A DNA stretch of 36,596 nt, taken from IMG/VR virus record IMGVR_UViG_3300045988_163835. The stretch is one strand, 5' to 3'. The notes beneath the pieces were generated by a model that ran no database searches, was not told the DNA's origin, and worked only from the letters and a program-made list of their open reading frames with translations. Both the position numbers and the translations under genes were made by a program. This stretch comes from a virus. Below, piece by piece: positions 1 through 7,843 of the stretch; position 1 is the first letter of the stretch; the number at the start of each line of letters is the position of its first letter.

Positions 1-55
1 ATAACGCCATCACTAATATTACTTAATGATGGTGCTATATCTCCCTTAATAATAA
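1..55. repeat. Terminal duplication, identical to 36542..36596 (assembly overlap of a circular or permuted molecule)
   Basis: Base-by-base identity of 1-55 with 36542-36596. Confidence 0.95.
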
Positions 56-254
56 CTTTTCCTAGCAATGTTATTTGTTTGCCATTAGAATCAATAATTC
101 TTTTGGATTTTTCACTAAAAATACATTTACCACTAGTTTTAAAATTTTCTATAGGTTCTCCTTCTTCAGATATTCCTATATCATTTAAAACTAGTGAATA
201 ATCTGTATTTAAAAGAAAATCAGGAAATGGTAACACCTTAATATTGTTTGCCAT
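1..254 (-). CDS. Head closure / head-tail adaptor protein, N-terminal part of a junction-spanning ORF (115 aa in total; continues at 36541..36448)
   Basis: ATG at 254-252. The frame stays open to nt 1 and continues in frame across the junction to TGA at 36450-36448. Size and position (between the connector and the HK97 gp10-like gene) fit a head closure protein. Confidence 0.6.
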   Translation of the reverse strand, partial: MANNIKVLPFPDFLLNTDYSLVLNDIGISEEGEPIENFKTSGKCIFSEKSKRIIDSNGKQITLLGKVIIKGDIAPSLSNISDGV

Positions 255-634
255 TACCTTAACCTACTATCCAAACCAGTTTTATGCACATAATCATATG
301 CTATTTCCGACATACTTAATTTTTGTGCAATACTTTTTTTAGAACTATCAACACTTACAGATATATCAAGGACAGAATAAGAAGAAATATCTCTATTTTC
401 TTCATTGTTATATCCATTCCTTTTGACATATTCTGCTTGACAACAAATTGCTTTACTTATCTTTTCTTTCTGAAAATTGGTTAAATTATTAAAGCCTATT
501 TTAACAATTCTATTAAATGTTATACTATCAATTTTTTCTTGTGCTAATTCCAAATATTTGTCTATTTCATCATTAGATAACAAACTACCTTTAAATGTAT
601 TTAAATAATATTTTTTATCAACATAAAGTGTCAT
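254..634 (-). CDS. Head-tail connector (gp6/gp15-like DNA-packaging/connector protein)
   Basis: 126-aa ORF with an AGGAGGTGG RBS. Called from its position downstream of the capsid gene and upstream of the head closure gene. No catalytic motif is expected. Confidence 0.5.
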   Translation of the reverse strand: MTLYVDKKYYLNTFKGSLLSNDEIDKYLELAQEKIDSITFNRIVKIGFNNLTNFQKEKISKAICCQAEYVKRNGYNNEENRDISSYSVLDISVSVDSSKKSIAQKLSMSEIAYDYVHKTGLDSRLR

Positions 635-646
635 TTAAGCCACCTC

Positions 647-817
647 CTATTGAAGTGGTTTCTTTTCCACTTCTTTTTTTTCAACTTTTTTTAGAGAAGA
701 AGGCTTAATGCCTTCTTTTATCTCCTCAAAGCTTTTATTTTTTCTTAAGTTTTCAATATAGAAGTTCAAATTTTCTTCTACTATTTGATTAGTTTTTTTA
801 TTTTTGAACTTCGCCAT
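647..817 (-). CDS. Hypothetical 56-aa Lys/Glu-rich protein
   Basis: Hand-translated ORF (MAKFKNKKTNQIVEEN...KKPLQ) below the 60-aa cutoff of the track. It fills the gap between the capsid and connector genes. Confidence 0.45.
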   Translation of the reverse strand: MAKFKNKKTNQIVEENLNFYIENLRKNKSFEEIKEGIKPSSLKKVEKKEVEKKPLQ

Positions 818-914
818 CGTTATCATCCTTTTTAGGTTGACTTTTTATATCTTTTTCTTTTGATTTATCATCCTTTTTAGGTTGACTTTTTATAATTAAT
901 CCAACAGTTCTCAT
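798..914 (-). CDS. Hypothetical 38-aa Lys-rich peptide with an internal KSQPKKDD duplication
   Basis: ATG at 914 preceded by an AGGAGGG RBS, immediately after the capsid stop. It contains the 29-bp direct repeat. Confidence 0.35.
   Translation of the reverse strand: MRTVGLIIKSQPKKDDKSKEKDIKSQPKKDDNDGEVQK
821..894. repeat. 29-bp perfect direct repeat x2 (821-849 and 866-894; 45-bp period)
   Basis: tatcatcctttttaggttgactttttata occurs twice. Confidence 0.9.
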
Positions 915-927
915 TTTATCCCTCCTA

Positions 928-1839
928 TTATGCAGTTGGTGCTGCTTTATGATGTAAGTAGATTCCTGCTACTTTGTTTTCATAAACATCTGCTAGTCCA
1001 TATTTTCTATAACCGAATTTCCATCCATCTGAAGTTTGATTTGCCTCTGGTGTAATAACTTTAGGTGCGATATGTTTATTATATTGCATTACTGCACCTT
1101 TATGAATTACCATAAAGTTAATATCTGCTCCGTTTGTATCCCCAGTATCTGAACCTTTAGCATGTCTTTTGTAACCGCCTTTAGTTTCACCACTAGTTTT
1201 ACCATCTAACATATCAATAGCAGTATAAAATCTTGTTTGAGGTACAAGTACAATTTGTGAGAATCTTGCTAATACTTCTTTTGATTTTGTAGTATCAAGA
1301 TCATCAACTAAACCTTTTAATGTTGGAGTAATAAATAATATTCTATTCTCGTAAGGCACTTCATCCTCATCCATTTTGTTTGTTGCTGCTCTTAAAGCAC
1401 TTATAACATCAGCTCCTGTTGATAAAGTAGCTGGTGTTGCAACCTTTGAAATACCACTAACTCCTGCATATGTAGCAAATCTGAAAGCATCGCCTTCTGG
1501 TGCAACTTTTGTACGAATAAACTCACTTGCTAACCTACCATAAGCAAGTCCGGCAGTTTCCTCATCATCCATTGCATCAACAGTAAACATTCTACCTCTT
1601 TCATAATTAAATTTTACTGTTTCATTAGTCATAGTCACATCACCATTGGTGTAGCCACTATTTCTATCATAATCACCTAAAGCATCCATATCGATTTTAG
1701 GAATTATAATTTCATTTGCATTTGCTCCTGCCTTTGCTAGTGAATCATCACTATCCAATATAGAAGTTAATGCAGAATTTTTGTATACCTCATCTAATAA
1801 AGGTACATATTTTTTGAATTTTGCTATACTATTTGCCAT
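928..1839 (-). CDS. Major capsid protein
   Basis: 303-aa ORF directly downstream of the scaffold gene with a good RBS. Size and position are typical of a major capsid protein. Confidence 0.8.
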   Translation of the reverse strand: MANSIAKFKKYVPLLDEVYKNSALTSILDSDDSLAKAGANANEIIIPKIDMDALGDYDRNSGYTNGDVTMTNETVKFNYERGRMFTVDAMDDEETAGLAYGRLASEFIRTKVAPEGDAFRFATYAGVSGISKVATPATLSTGADVISALRAATNKMDEDEVPYENRILFITPTLKGLVDDLDTTKSKEVLARFSQIVLVPQTRFYTAIDMLDGKTSGETKGGYKRHAKGSDTGDTNGADINFMVIHKGAVMQYNKHIAPKVITPEANQTSDGWKFGYRKYGLADVYENKVAGIYLHHKAAPTA

Positions 1840-1879
1840 TTTTAATCATCTCCCTTTCTTTGGCAATAAAAAATGAGAT

Positions 1880-2521
1880 TTATTTCAATCCCATAATTTT
1901 TCGCATATCTGCAAGTTCATCTTTTGTTTCTTCTTTTCCATCGTCACCAATTTTAAAACCTTTTTGTTTATCTTCCGTTTTACTAATTAGTTCTGGAAAA
2001 TCTTTTAATAAGTCTTCGATTTCAGTATTTAATTTACTTTCATCTAATTGACCATCCTTATCAAGAATGTTTTTCTTGTCTACTAATCTTACTGCTCTAG
2101 TGATTTTTTCATCTTTAACATTCTTTCTAAGTAAAGCGTTTTCGATTTTGGTATTAATTGCTTCAAGAGTGGCTTTTTCTGCTTTTTTAATAGCCTCTTG
2201 TGTTTTTTCATCAACACTTTTAGATTTTTCCTCTTCTTCTCTTGCCTTTGCTAAAATTGATTTAGCCTTTTCAACATCATCAATACCTAAATCCCTCAAT
2301 TGCTTTGCTAAAGCCTTTTGTTCGTTTTTTAAACTGATATCATTTAATTCTTTGTCAGTATACTTTTTTTCTTCTACTTTTTTATCAGTTTCTTTTACTC
2401 CATCATCTTTAGCATTTTTTTGATTTTCTACTGATTCATTGTCAGCAGTGTTATTTGCATTATTTTCTTCCCCACTATCAGCAAATAATTGAATGTTTAG
2501 CGGCATTAATTCTTTTTTCAT
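1880..2521 (-). CDS. Scaffold protein (DUF4355-like)
   Basis: Start moved to ATG 2521 (AAGGAG RBS). N-terminal MPLNIQLFA motif followed by Glu/Lys-rich coiled-coil. Lies upstream of the capsid gene. Confidence 0.75.
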   Translation of the reverse strand: MKKELMPLNIQLFADSGEENNANNTADNESVENQKNAKDDGVKETDKKVEEKKYTDKELNDISLKNEQKALAKQLRDLGIDDVEKAKSILAKAREEEEKSKSVDEKTQEAIKKAEKATLEAINTKIENALLRKNVKDEKITRAVRLVDKKNILDKDGQLDESKLNTEIEDLLKDFPELISKTEDKQKGFKIGDDGKEETKDELADMRKIMGLK

Positions 2522-2595
2522 ATTTCTCCTTTTTCTATGTTGGATAAGGTCATCCACACTCCGTTTATTAGATACGGTCAAACTATATTTTAGTG

Positions 2596-2625
2596 CATAA
2601 TAAAAGCCAGTATTTCTACCGACTT
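2596..2625 (-). terminator. Candidate intrinsic terminator upstream of the scaffold gene
   Basis: Minus-strand RNA aagucggua-GAAA-uacuggcuu, a 9-bp stem with 2 G-U pairs and a GNRA loop, followed by a UUAUUAU tract. The wobble pairs only work on the minus-strand transcript. Confidence 0.45.
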
Positions 2626-2639
2626 ATTTTTATAAGCAC

Positions 2640-2732
2640 CATAGAGTAGATATTAAGTCTTTACCCTTCCCGTTCGGCACGCCTAACTTTTTCAGCCTAC
2701 TCAGATGTAGCGTTTTTTATATCTACTCTATG
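2640..2732 (-). ncRNA. Candidate structured RNA element (14-bp closing helix around a 65-nt comparatively GC-rich core)
   Basis: catagagtagatat (2640-2653) is perfectly complementary to atatctactctatg (2719-2732). The interior holds small helices (cuac/guag, acgc/gcgu) and a purine-rich GCCGAACGGGAAGGG run. No ORF is present. The element lies in the 229-nt gap before the scaffold gene. Confidence 0.35.
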
Positions 2733-2750
2733 CTACCTATAAAGGTAACA

Positions 2751-2885
2751 CTATTTTCTTTTGTTTAATAAATTAACAATTTCTCTATTTTCCAATCTTG
2801 TTTTTTCTAATTCATTTTTTATTGCAGATAATACACACATTATAAAAAATAATAAAATTGCTATAATTATTAATATTGCTATCAT
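2751..2885 (-). CDS. 44-aa membrane peptide (N-terminal TM helix, charged C-terminal helix)
   Basis: Hand-translated sequence MIAILIIIAILLFFIMCVLSAIKNELEKTRLENREIVNLLNKRK. AAAGGA RBS 7 nt upstream. Confidence 0.45.
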   Translation of the reverse strand: MIAILIIIAILLFFIMCVLSAIKNELEKTRLENREIVNLLNKRK

Positions 2886-2914
2886 ATTTATTTCCTTTCT
2901 ACATATAATATTAA

Positions 2915-2991
2915 TGGTCGGAGTAACGAGATTTGAACTTGTAACCTCTAGTTCCCAAAACTAGTGCACTACCAAGTTGTGCTATGCTCCG
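2915..2991 (-). tRNA. tRNA-Pro (anticodon UGG), CCA encoded
   Basis: Hand-folded cloverleaf. Acceptor CGGAGCA/TACTCCG, D stem GCAC/GTGC with GG in the loop, anticodon stem CTAGT/ACTAG, loop TTTGGGA, T arm ACAAG-TTCAAAT-CTCGT. U8, A14, G18G19, U33, G37, T54-C56, G53-C61, A73 and C1-G72 are present. There are two C-A/A-C mismatches (6:67 and 51:63). Confidence 0.8.
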
Positions 2992-3000
2992 ATTTGACAC

Positions 3001-3006
3001 ATTATA
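3001..3006 (-). promoter_or_regulatory. Possible -10 box (TATAAT) for the tRNA cassette
   Basis: A minus-strand TATAAT ends 9 nt upstream of the tRNA 5' end. No convincing -35. Confidence 0.3.
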
Positions 3007-3031
3007 GTTTTTGTGCTATAATGTATATATT

Positions 3032-3077
3032 AAAAGTTGTAGTCGTGGTGACCTTTTCACCTAGTGTTACAACTTTT
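3032..3077 (-). terminator. Candidate terminator hairpin at the end of the MuF gene
   Basis: 10-bp outer stem (aaaagttgta/tacaactttt) plus an inner ggtga/tcacc helix. It overlaps the MuF stop codon. The U-run is short. Confidence 0.4.
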
Positions 3078-4716
3078 ATTTTTTTGTATTTATATTTTTG
3101 AATATTAAAAATTGTTTATCTTTCTTTATTCCAATTTCCTCAACCCATGGTGCTTTCCACTTAAATAATTTATCAATTTGTTTTACTAATTCATTAATAG
3201 TCAAAGGAGAGTCAGTAGCTTCAAACAAAAACTTTTTTGCTTGTTTTTCTTTTCCATCAACATTGTGGAATAATAGTTGGCTACTTTTGCCAGTAACAAT
3301 TTTCATATCATAGTTTCCTAAAAATTGTTTTTTCTTATATATAGTACAATCTGCAACGCTAATATTTTCTGGAAATTCCACTTCAGGATTTAATTGTATA
3401 TTTAATCCTGTTTTTTTTACCAACCAATCAGCAAACTCTCTTTCATTTTGTTTTGTTCTATATTTTACAAAATGATCATCAATAATATATTTCTCTCCGT
3501 TGTAATTAAATATTTCATCTTTTTCTAATACCTTTGTTTCTTTATTATTTACATCAGAAATATCAGACCATTGATTTGTTATATCAACATAAGAATTATT
3601 AATAAGTTTTTCTTTATCGTTTATCCATTGTTCTTTTCTATTAGCAAACATTTGAATATTAATAGGAGATATTGAACCATTTTCTAATCTATCAAATCTT
3701 TTGATATTTCTATCAATATAATTTAATTCATTATTATTAATTTCATCAATTCTATTATTTATCCAATTAATATCATTTTCATATTCTTCATCAGAATAAT
3801 TTTCTATATCATCAGCCTCCGGATAATAAGTCGTTAAGCCATGGCGACAATTTGGATGTAAAAACCCTTGTTTCATTGCTTCACTTAATAGCATGTACTT
3901 ACCATCTTTTTTTGTGCCACCAGAATACACATCATCAATAAATATTTTATTTTCCCATTTTTGACATATTGGACAAGCACCACCATGAGATGTTGATTGG
4001 ACTAATACTCTTCCTATAGATTTTCTAAAGTCTCCTTCCCCCATTAATTGAGCCCTTAAGCTTGCAGTTCTAACAGCCATTTGAGAATAACTGGCAATAT
4101 TGACTCTTCTGCCATTCTTATATTCGACACAGTTAAATCCTCTACTTAAAAAGTCTTTATTTGCTTCATCTATAGCAAGTTTAGTTTTTTGTAGTTCAGT
4201 TAATTCTTTAGTTGCCATTCTAGCAGACTGTTTTTCAGTAAAAACTCCATTAGCAACAAAAAAAGCACTCTTATGAATAACTTGCCTATACTGATCATTT
4301 GCCATTCTTAAAACTGCTGTGTTAGCGGTTTTTAAGTCATTATTTACAACTTTTATCAAAGCATTGACCTTTCTATCATTTGTTCTAAAAAAACTATGAT
4401 TCATTATTTTATTAGGTTTTAAATTTTTGCCCATTACTTTATTATACTGATTAATTGCATTAATAGAGCCTTGCTTAAGTTCTCTTTTTAAATGCTGTGA
4501 TACTTCATCAGATAATCCCTTAGTATAACCACCAATAATATCTTTATTTTCTCTTTGATATCTTTTTAATTCTTTCAACTTTTCTGATTGCCATTGAGAA
4601 TATTCAAAGCCGGTATCTTTTTCTTCTTTAAGATGTCTTTTATAGTTTCTTTTCATCGAAGATATCAATTCTATTTCCATATCTTCATATATTTTTTTTA
4701 TATTATAATCATTCAT
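3076..4716 (-). CDS. Minor head protein (SPP1 gp7 / Mu F-like) fused to a C-terminal PD-(D/E)xK-like domain
   Basis: 546 aa. The N-terminal ~300 aa sit in the MuF position after the portal and carry a CPICQ...HPNCRH motif. The C-terminal ~220 aa are additional and show E(425)REFADWL ... ADCTIY ... YDMKIV spacing. Confidence 0.8.
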   Translation of the reverse strand: MNDYNIKKIYEDMEIELISSMKRNYKRHLKEEKDTGFEYSQWQSEKLKELKRYQRENKDIIGGYTKGLSDEVSQHLKRELKQGSINAINQYNKVMGKNLKPNKIMNHSFFRTNDRKVNALIKVVNNDLKTANTAVLRMANDQYRQVIHKSAFFVANGVFTEKQSARMATKELTELQKTKLAIDEANKDFLSRGFNCVEYKNGRRVNIASYSQMAVRTASLRAQLMGEGDFRKSIGRVLVQSTSHGGACPICQKWENKIFIDDVYSGGTKKDGKYMLLSEAMKQGFLHPNCRHGLTTYYPEADDIENYSDEEYENDINWINNRIDEINNNELNYIDRNIKRFDRLENGSISPINIQMFANRKEQWINDKEKLINNSYVDITNQWSDISDVNNKETKVLEKDEIFNYNGEKYIIDDHFVKYRTKQNEREFADWLVKKTGLNIQLNPEVEFPENISVADCTIYKKKQFLGNYDMKIVTGKSSQLLFHNVDGKEKQAKKFLFEATDSPLTINELVKQIDKLFKWKAPWVEEIGIKKDKQFLIFKNINTKK

Positions 4717-4919
4717 TAATTATCACTACTTTGAATTATTCTTATATCACTAAAATTACAATTAATGTTTGTTACAACATTATCGCTTTTTTTATCAGTA
4801 AAATTAATTCTTTCTTTTCCACCCCAAGTACTGATACTAAAATAAGTGATATTTTCATATGTTTTTCCATCATATTTGATTTTTAATCCCTTTATTGGTT
4901 TTTCCTTACTTTCCACCAT
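4716..4919 (-). CDS. Hypothetical 67-aa protein
   Basis: ORF between the portal and MuF genes. Start moved to ATG 4919, which has an AGGTGG RBS 8 nt upstream. Confidence 0.5.
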   Translation of the reverse strand: MVESKEKPIKGLKIKYDGKTYENITYFSISTWGGKERINFTDKKSDNVVTNINCNFSDIRIIQSSDN

Positions 4920-6414
4920 CTTCAACACCACCTTTCAACATCTCTTCATTTTCAATTAAATCTAAATCTTCATTGATTGATGGTTCTTCCATATCAACTA
5001 TTCCAGATTCATTTTTAATTCTTTTTACTTCTTCCTTTTTCCATTTTTCATCTTTGGTATCACCATATAACTCTTCAATACTTGTCTCTATACTCATAAC
5101 ACCATTTGTTTTAGCTTTTCCTATTGTTTCAACTTGTGCTTCAAACGATGGATTAGCATAACCACCAAAACTTGCAACACCATCTATATCAGTAATTTCA
5201 TTCTTTTCCATAGTGTCATACACTTTAAAGGTAATGTTAACAATATCATTTATTGTTTTAGTAAGTGTTTCAATTATTTGGTTTCTTTTGTAAAGAGTTG
5301 TTTTTTCTTTTTCTCTTGTTGCTTCTGCATTATCTATTTTCTTTGTGTCAATGCCCAATGTACTTGGACTAATCAAACCAGTTAAACATTGATCTAATGC
5401 AGTAATGTAAGTGCTCAATAGTGCTTCGTGCTGAATTTGACCTTGTGTAGTCTCTATTCTGTTCTTAACATCTTCTCCAATGCTTTCTTCTACAGAAATA
5501 AAATCGTTATCTAAATCACTACCCCTTAATAACAATCCAGTTTCCGGATCTCTAGGTAATAATGATTCAGGTATATATGTTTTTATTTGTCCTTTTCTCA
5601 ATGCTAACATCCATTGTGACCATACCTCATCAAAAGCATCAAAATTATCAAGTTTGCCATCTAATAAAGATTTTCCTCTTCCTTTATATTTCTTTGACTT
5701 TTTAAACATAATTGGTAATGCCATTAAAAAATCATTTTGATTAGTAACCTTTTCATATTTTTTTGCTAATTCTGGGAAATCTTTCAAATCAAGTTCTGTA
5801 CCTTCTTTGTTATGTAATTTATAAGTAATTCCATTTTTATCATATTTTTCTAGCAAAGTATAATATTGCTTATTTATAACTTTTTTAGTTTTAAATATAA
5901 CTGCTATTAATCTACCTCTTTCATATTCAAAATCAACTCTAGAGCCATCATAGAACTCAATTATAGGATATTTACTTATACTAGTATCTATTGACCACTT
6001 AAATGCACCATCACCAGATACTAAAGTGCCCACCACTGCATCTCTTATCAAACTTTTCACATCATTTTCTTTAGATATTTCATTCCATTCTTCTTGTCTT
6101 TTTTCAACATCAATTTTATCCAAGTCATCAGTAGCAACATCTGCCAAAGTGTCTATTATCATTGATGGTAAGCCCGTATGAATTTTTCTAATATTCATAC
6201 CAACTGTAGGTTTACTTCCCCAAAAGTGTTTATTTCCAAGTCTATCATCAGCTTGTTCATAAAGTTGTTCCAATTCACTAGGTTCACCTCTATACCAAAT
6301 CATATTTATAAATGCCTGGCTTTCAAAGTTATTCAATTGCTCTATATCAAAATTAACTGAACCAGGATTTTTAATCTCTAACCAATTTCTTATCATATTT
6401 TTCACCCATCCCAT
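4906..6414 (-). CDS. Portal protein (SPP1 gp6-like)
   Basis: 502-aa ORF immediately downstream of terL and upstream of MuF, with an acidic C-terminus. Confidence 0.85.
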   Translation of the reverse strand: MGWVKNMIRNWLEIKNPGSVNFDIEQLNNFESQAFINMIWYRGEPSELEQLYEQADDRLGNKHFWGSKPTVGMNIRKIHTGLPSMIIDTLADVATDDLDKIDVEKRQEEWNEISKENDVKSLIRDAVVGTLVSGDGAFKWSIDTSISKYPIIEFYDGSRVDFEYERGRLIAVIFKTKKVINKQYYTLLEKYDKNGITYKLHNKEGTELDLKDFPELAKKYEKVTNQNDFLMALPIMFKKSKKYKGRGKSLLDGKLDNFDAFDEVWSQWMLALRKGQIKTYIPESLLPRDPETGLLLRGSDLDNDFISVEESIGEDVKNRIETTQGQIQHEALLSTYITALDQCLTGLISPSTLGIDTKKIDNAEATREKEKTTLYKRNQIIETLTKTINDIVNITFKVYDTMEKNEITDIDGVASFGGYANPSFEAQVETIGKAKTNGVMSIETSIEELYGDTKDEKWKKEEVKRIKNESGIVDMEEPSINEDLDLIENEEMLKGGVEDGGK

Positions 6415-6418
6415 ATTT

Positions 6419-7843
6419 TCACTCCTCGTTTATATCTTTTATCATTTGCTTTATCATTTCCCAATTTCCTATTAAGTTTTTGAATGGTAACCAAGCATAC
6501 TGACATCCTTGTATACTATGGTCATTACCATCTTCTAGTTGTCCATCTTCTGTAAAACTATACACATTCATTTCATCTATATAATCTTTGCAAGTTTCTA
6601 CAATTAAAAAATCTTCAGTATTTAACCAAGATTGTTGCAATTGCACTCTTGTTAAGTTCTTTGTTTTTTTCCATGCCCCTTCAAACATATAAATACAAGC
6701 ATTTTTTCTTTTATACTTTTTTGCTTCTGCTATTGTTCCAGCATCAGCACTATCTATAAAAATGTATCTTGCAAATCCCCATTTGTTTTTGCATTTCTCA
6801 GCAAAATTAATCAATTTAGGTATAACATCTGATGGAGCAAATGGTATTTCTCTATCTTTGTTGTTGTAAGTTTCTTCTTCAAGTAATATACATTTTCTGT
6901 CATCAGTAATCCCAGTAAATTCAAATGTAAGTTTGTCGTGAGATTTTTTTGAATATGAGGTGTCACAACCTATTGAAAATCTAATAAACTTTCTTTTCTT
7001 TTTAGGTTCCTTTTCTTTCCAATCCTCAAACATTGCTTGTTTTTCATTTATGATGTGCTTCTCAGCAATTACATTAAATACAAGTCCGGTTGCTTTTCCT
7101 CTTAAACCTTGTATTTTATTTTTATATAACTTTGTTCCTACTGGAACCGACTCTATTATTTGTCTTTTCTTATCTTCACTTAAACTTAAATTATGATTAA
7201 ATGTAAAATACCACCAAGTCCAATCAGAAACTTGTGTCTCATTTAACATTTCTAATAATTTTAGTGGTCCATCATTTTTGTATTTTTCTATTGGTCTAGA
7301 TTTATTAACGAACTCTGTATAACATTCTTTATTCGGATCATCAGGATTCATAGTACATAGTCTGTAATCTGCTCTCATGAATGCTTCTCGAACAAACTCC
7401 ATATCAGCAATATTAAACTCATCTATAAATAATCCAAATACTTGTCCACCTAATGCTTTTTTCCATCTTGCTTTATTATCATATCCTAGTACATAAATTA
7501 TCTTGTTACCATTTTCTGTATGGAAAATTATATGTGGAAGGCTTATCTTCCCTTTTCCATTTGGATTGTACTCTACACATCCACCTTCTTTATAATCTCC
7601 GAATATTTCAATTAAACCTTTATCTGAATTAATTATATTTTTTTCGATGGTTCCTAAGTCTAGTCCTGATATAATACTCGGTTTAGTTCCTTTATAATTT
7701 GATATTTTGAACATGAACTTTGGTATTCCTACAGTAGTCTTTCCAGCAAAAGTTGTCCCCTCGAGAAATTCAGTACTGCAATCATATTTAAGAAAATCTA
7801 TATATTTTTCACTTAACGGAAATTCTTCATTCACTCTTACCAC
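6419..7843 (-). CDS. terL: Terminase large subunit
   Basis: 474 aa. Walker A-like TFAGKTT and Walker B-like LFIDEF. Overlaps the terS 3' end. Confidence 0.9.
   Translation of the reverse strand: MVRVNEEFPLSEKYIDFLKYDCSTEFLEGTTFAGKTTVGIPKFMFKISNYKGTKPSIISGLDLGTIEKNIINSDKGLIEIFGDYKEGGCVEYNPNGKGKISLPHIIFHTENGNKIIYVLGYDNKARWKKALGGQVFGLFIDEFNIADMEFVREAFMRADYRLCTMNPDDPNKECYTEFVNKSRPIEKYKNDGPLKLLEMLNETQVSDWTWWYFTFNHNLSLSEDKKRQIIESVPVGTKLYKNKIQGLRGKATGLVFNVIAEKHIINEKQAMFEDWKEKEPKKKRKFIRFSIGCDTSYSKKSHDKLTFEFTGITDDRKCILLEEETYNNKDREIPFAPSDVIPKLINFAEKCKNKWGFARYIFIDSADAGTIAEAKKYKRKNACIYMFEGAWKKTKNLTRVQLQQSWLNTEDFLIVETCKDYIDEMNVYSFTEDGQLEDGNDHSIQGCQYAWLPFKNLIGNWEMIKQMIKDINEE

Noticed and set aside
1821-2423. 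Plus-strand track ORFs 1821..2051 and 2067..2423
   Set aside because: They are antisense shadows of the capsid and scaffold genes. Their Ser/Phe/Leu-rich low-complexity translations are typical of the reverse frame of Lys/Glu-rich AT-rich genes. There is no RBS.
2640-2732. Possible TPP or other known riboswitch in the scaffold leader
   Set aside because: There is only loose similarity (GGCUGA.AAA, ACGGGAAG) to TPP-aptamer segments, and the pyrimidine-sensing helix elements are missing. It is kept only as an unassigned structured-RNA candidate.
2761-2964. Plus-strand 67-aa ORF
   Set aside because: It runs antisense through the 44-aa peptide ORF and into the tRNA gene and has no RBS. The tRNA and the minus-strand ORF explain the region better.
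3098-7196. Plus-strand track ORFs inside the MuF, portal and terL genes (3098..3313, 4895..5161, 5134..5385, 5480..5740, 6178..6360, 6960..7196)
   Set aside because: All are antisense to long, well-supported minus-strand structural genes and have low-complexity translations with no RBS.
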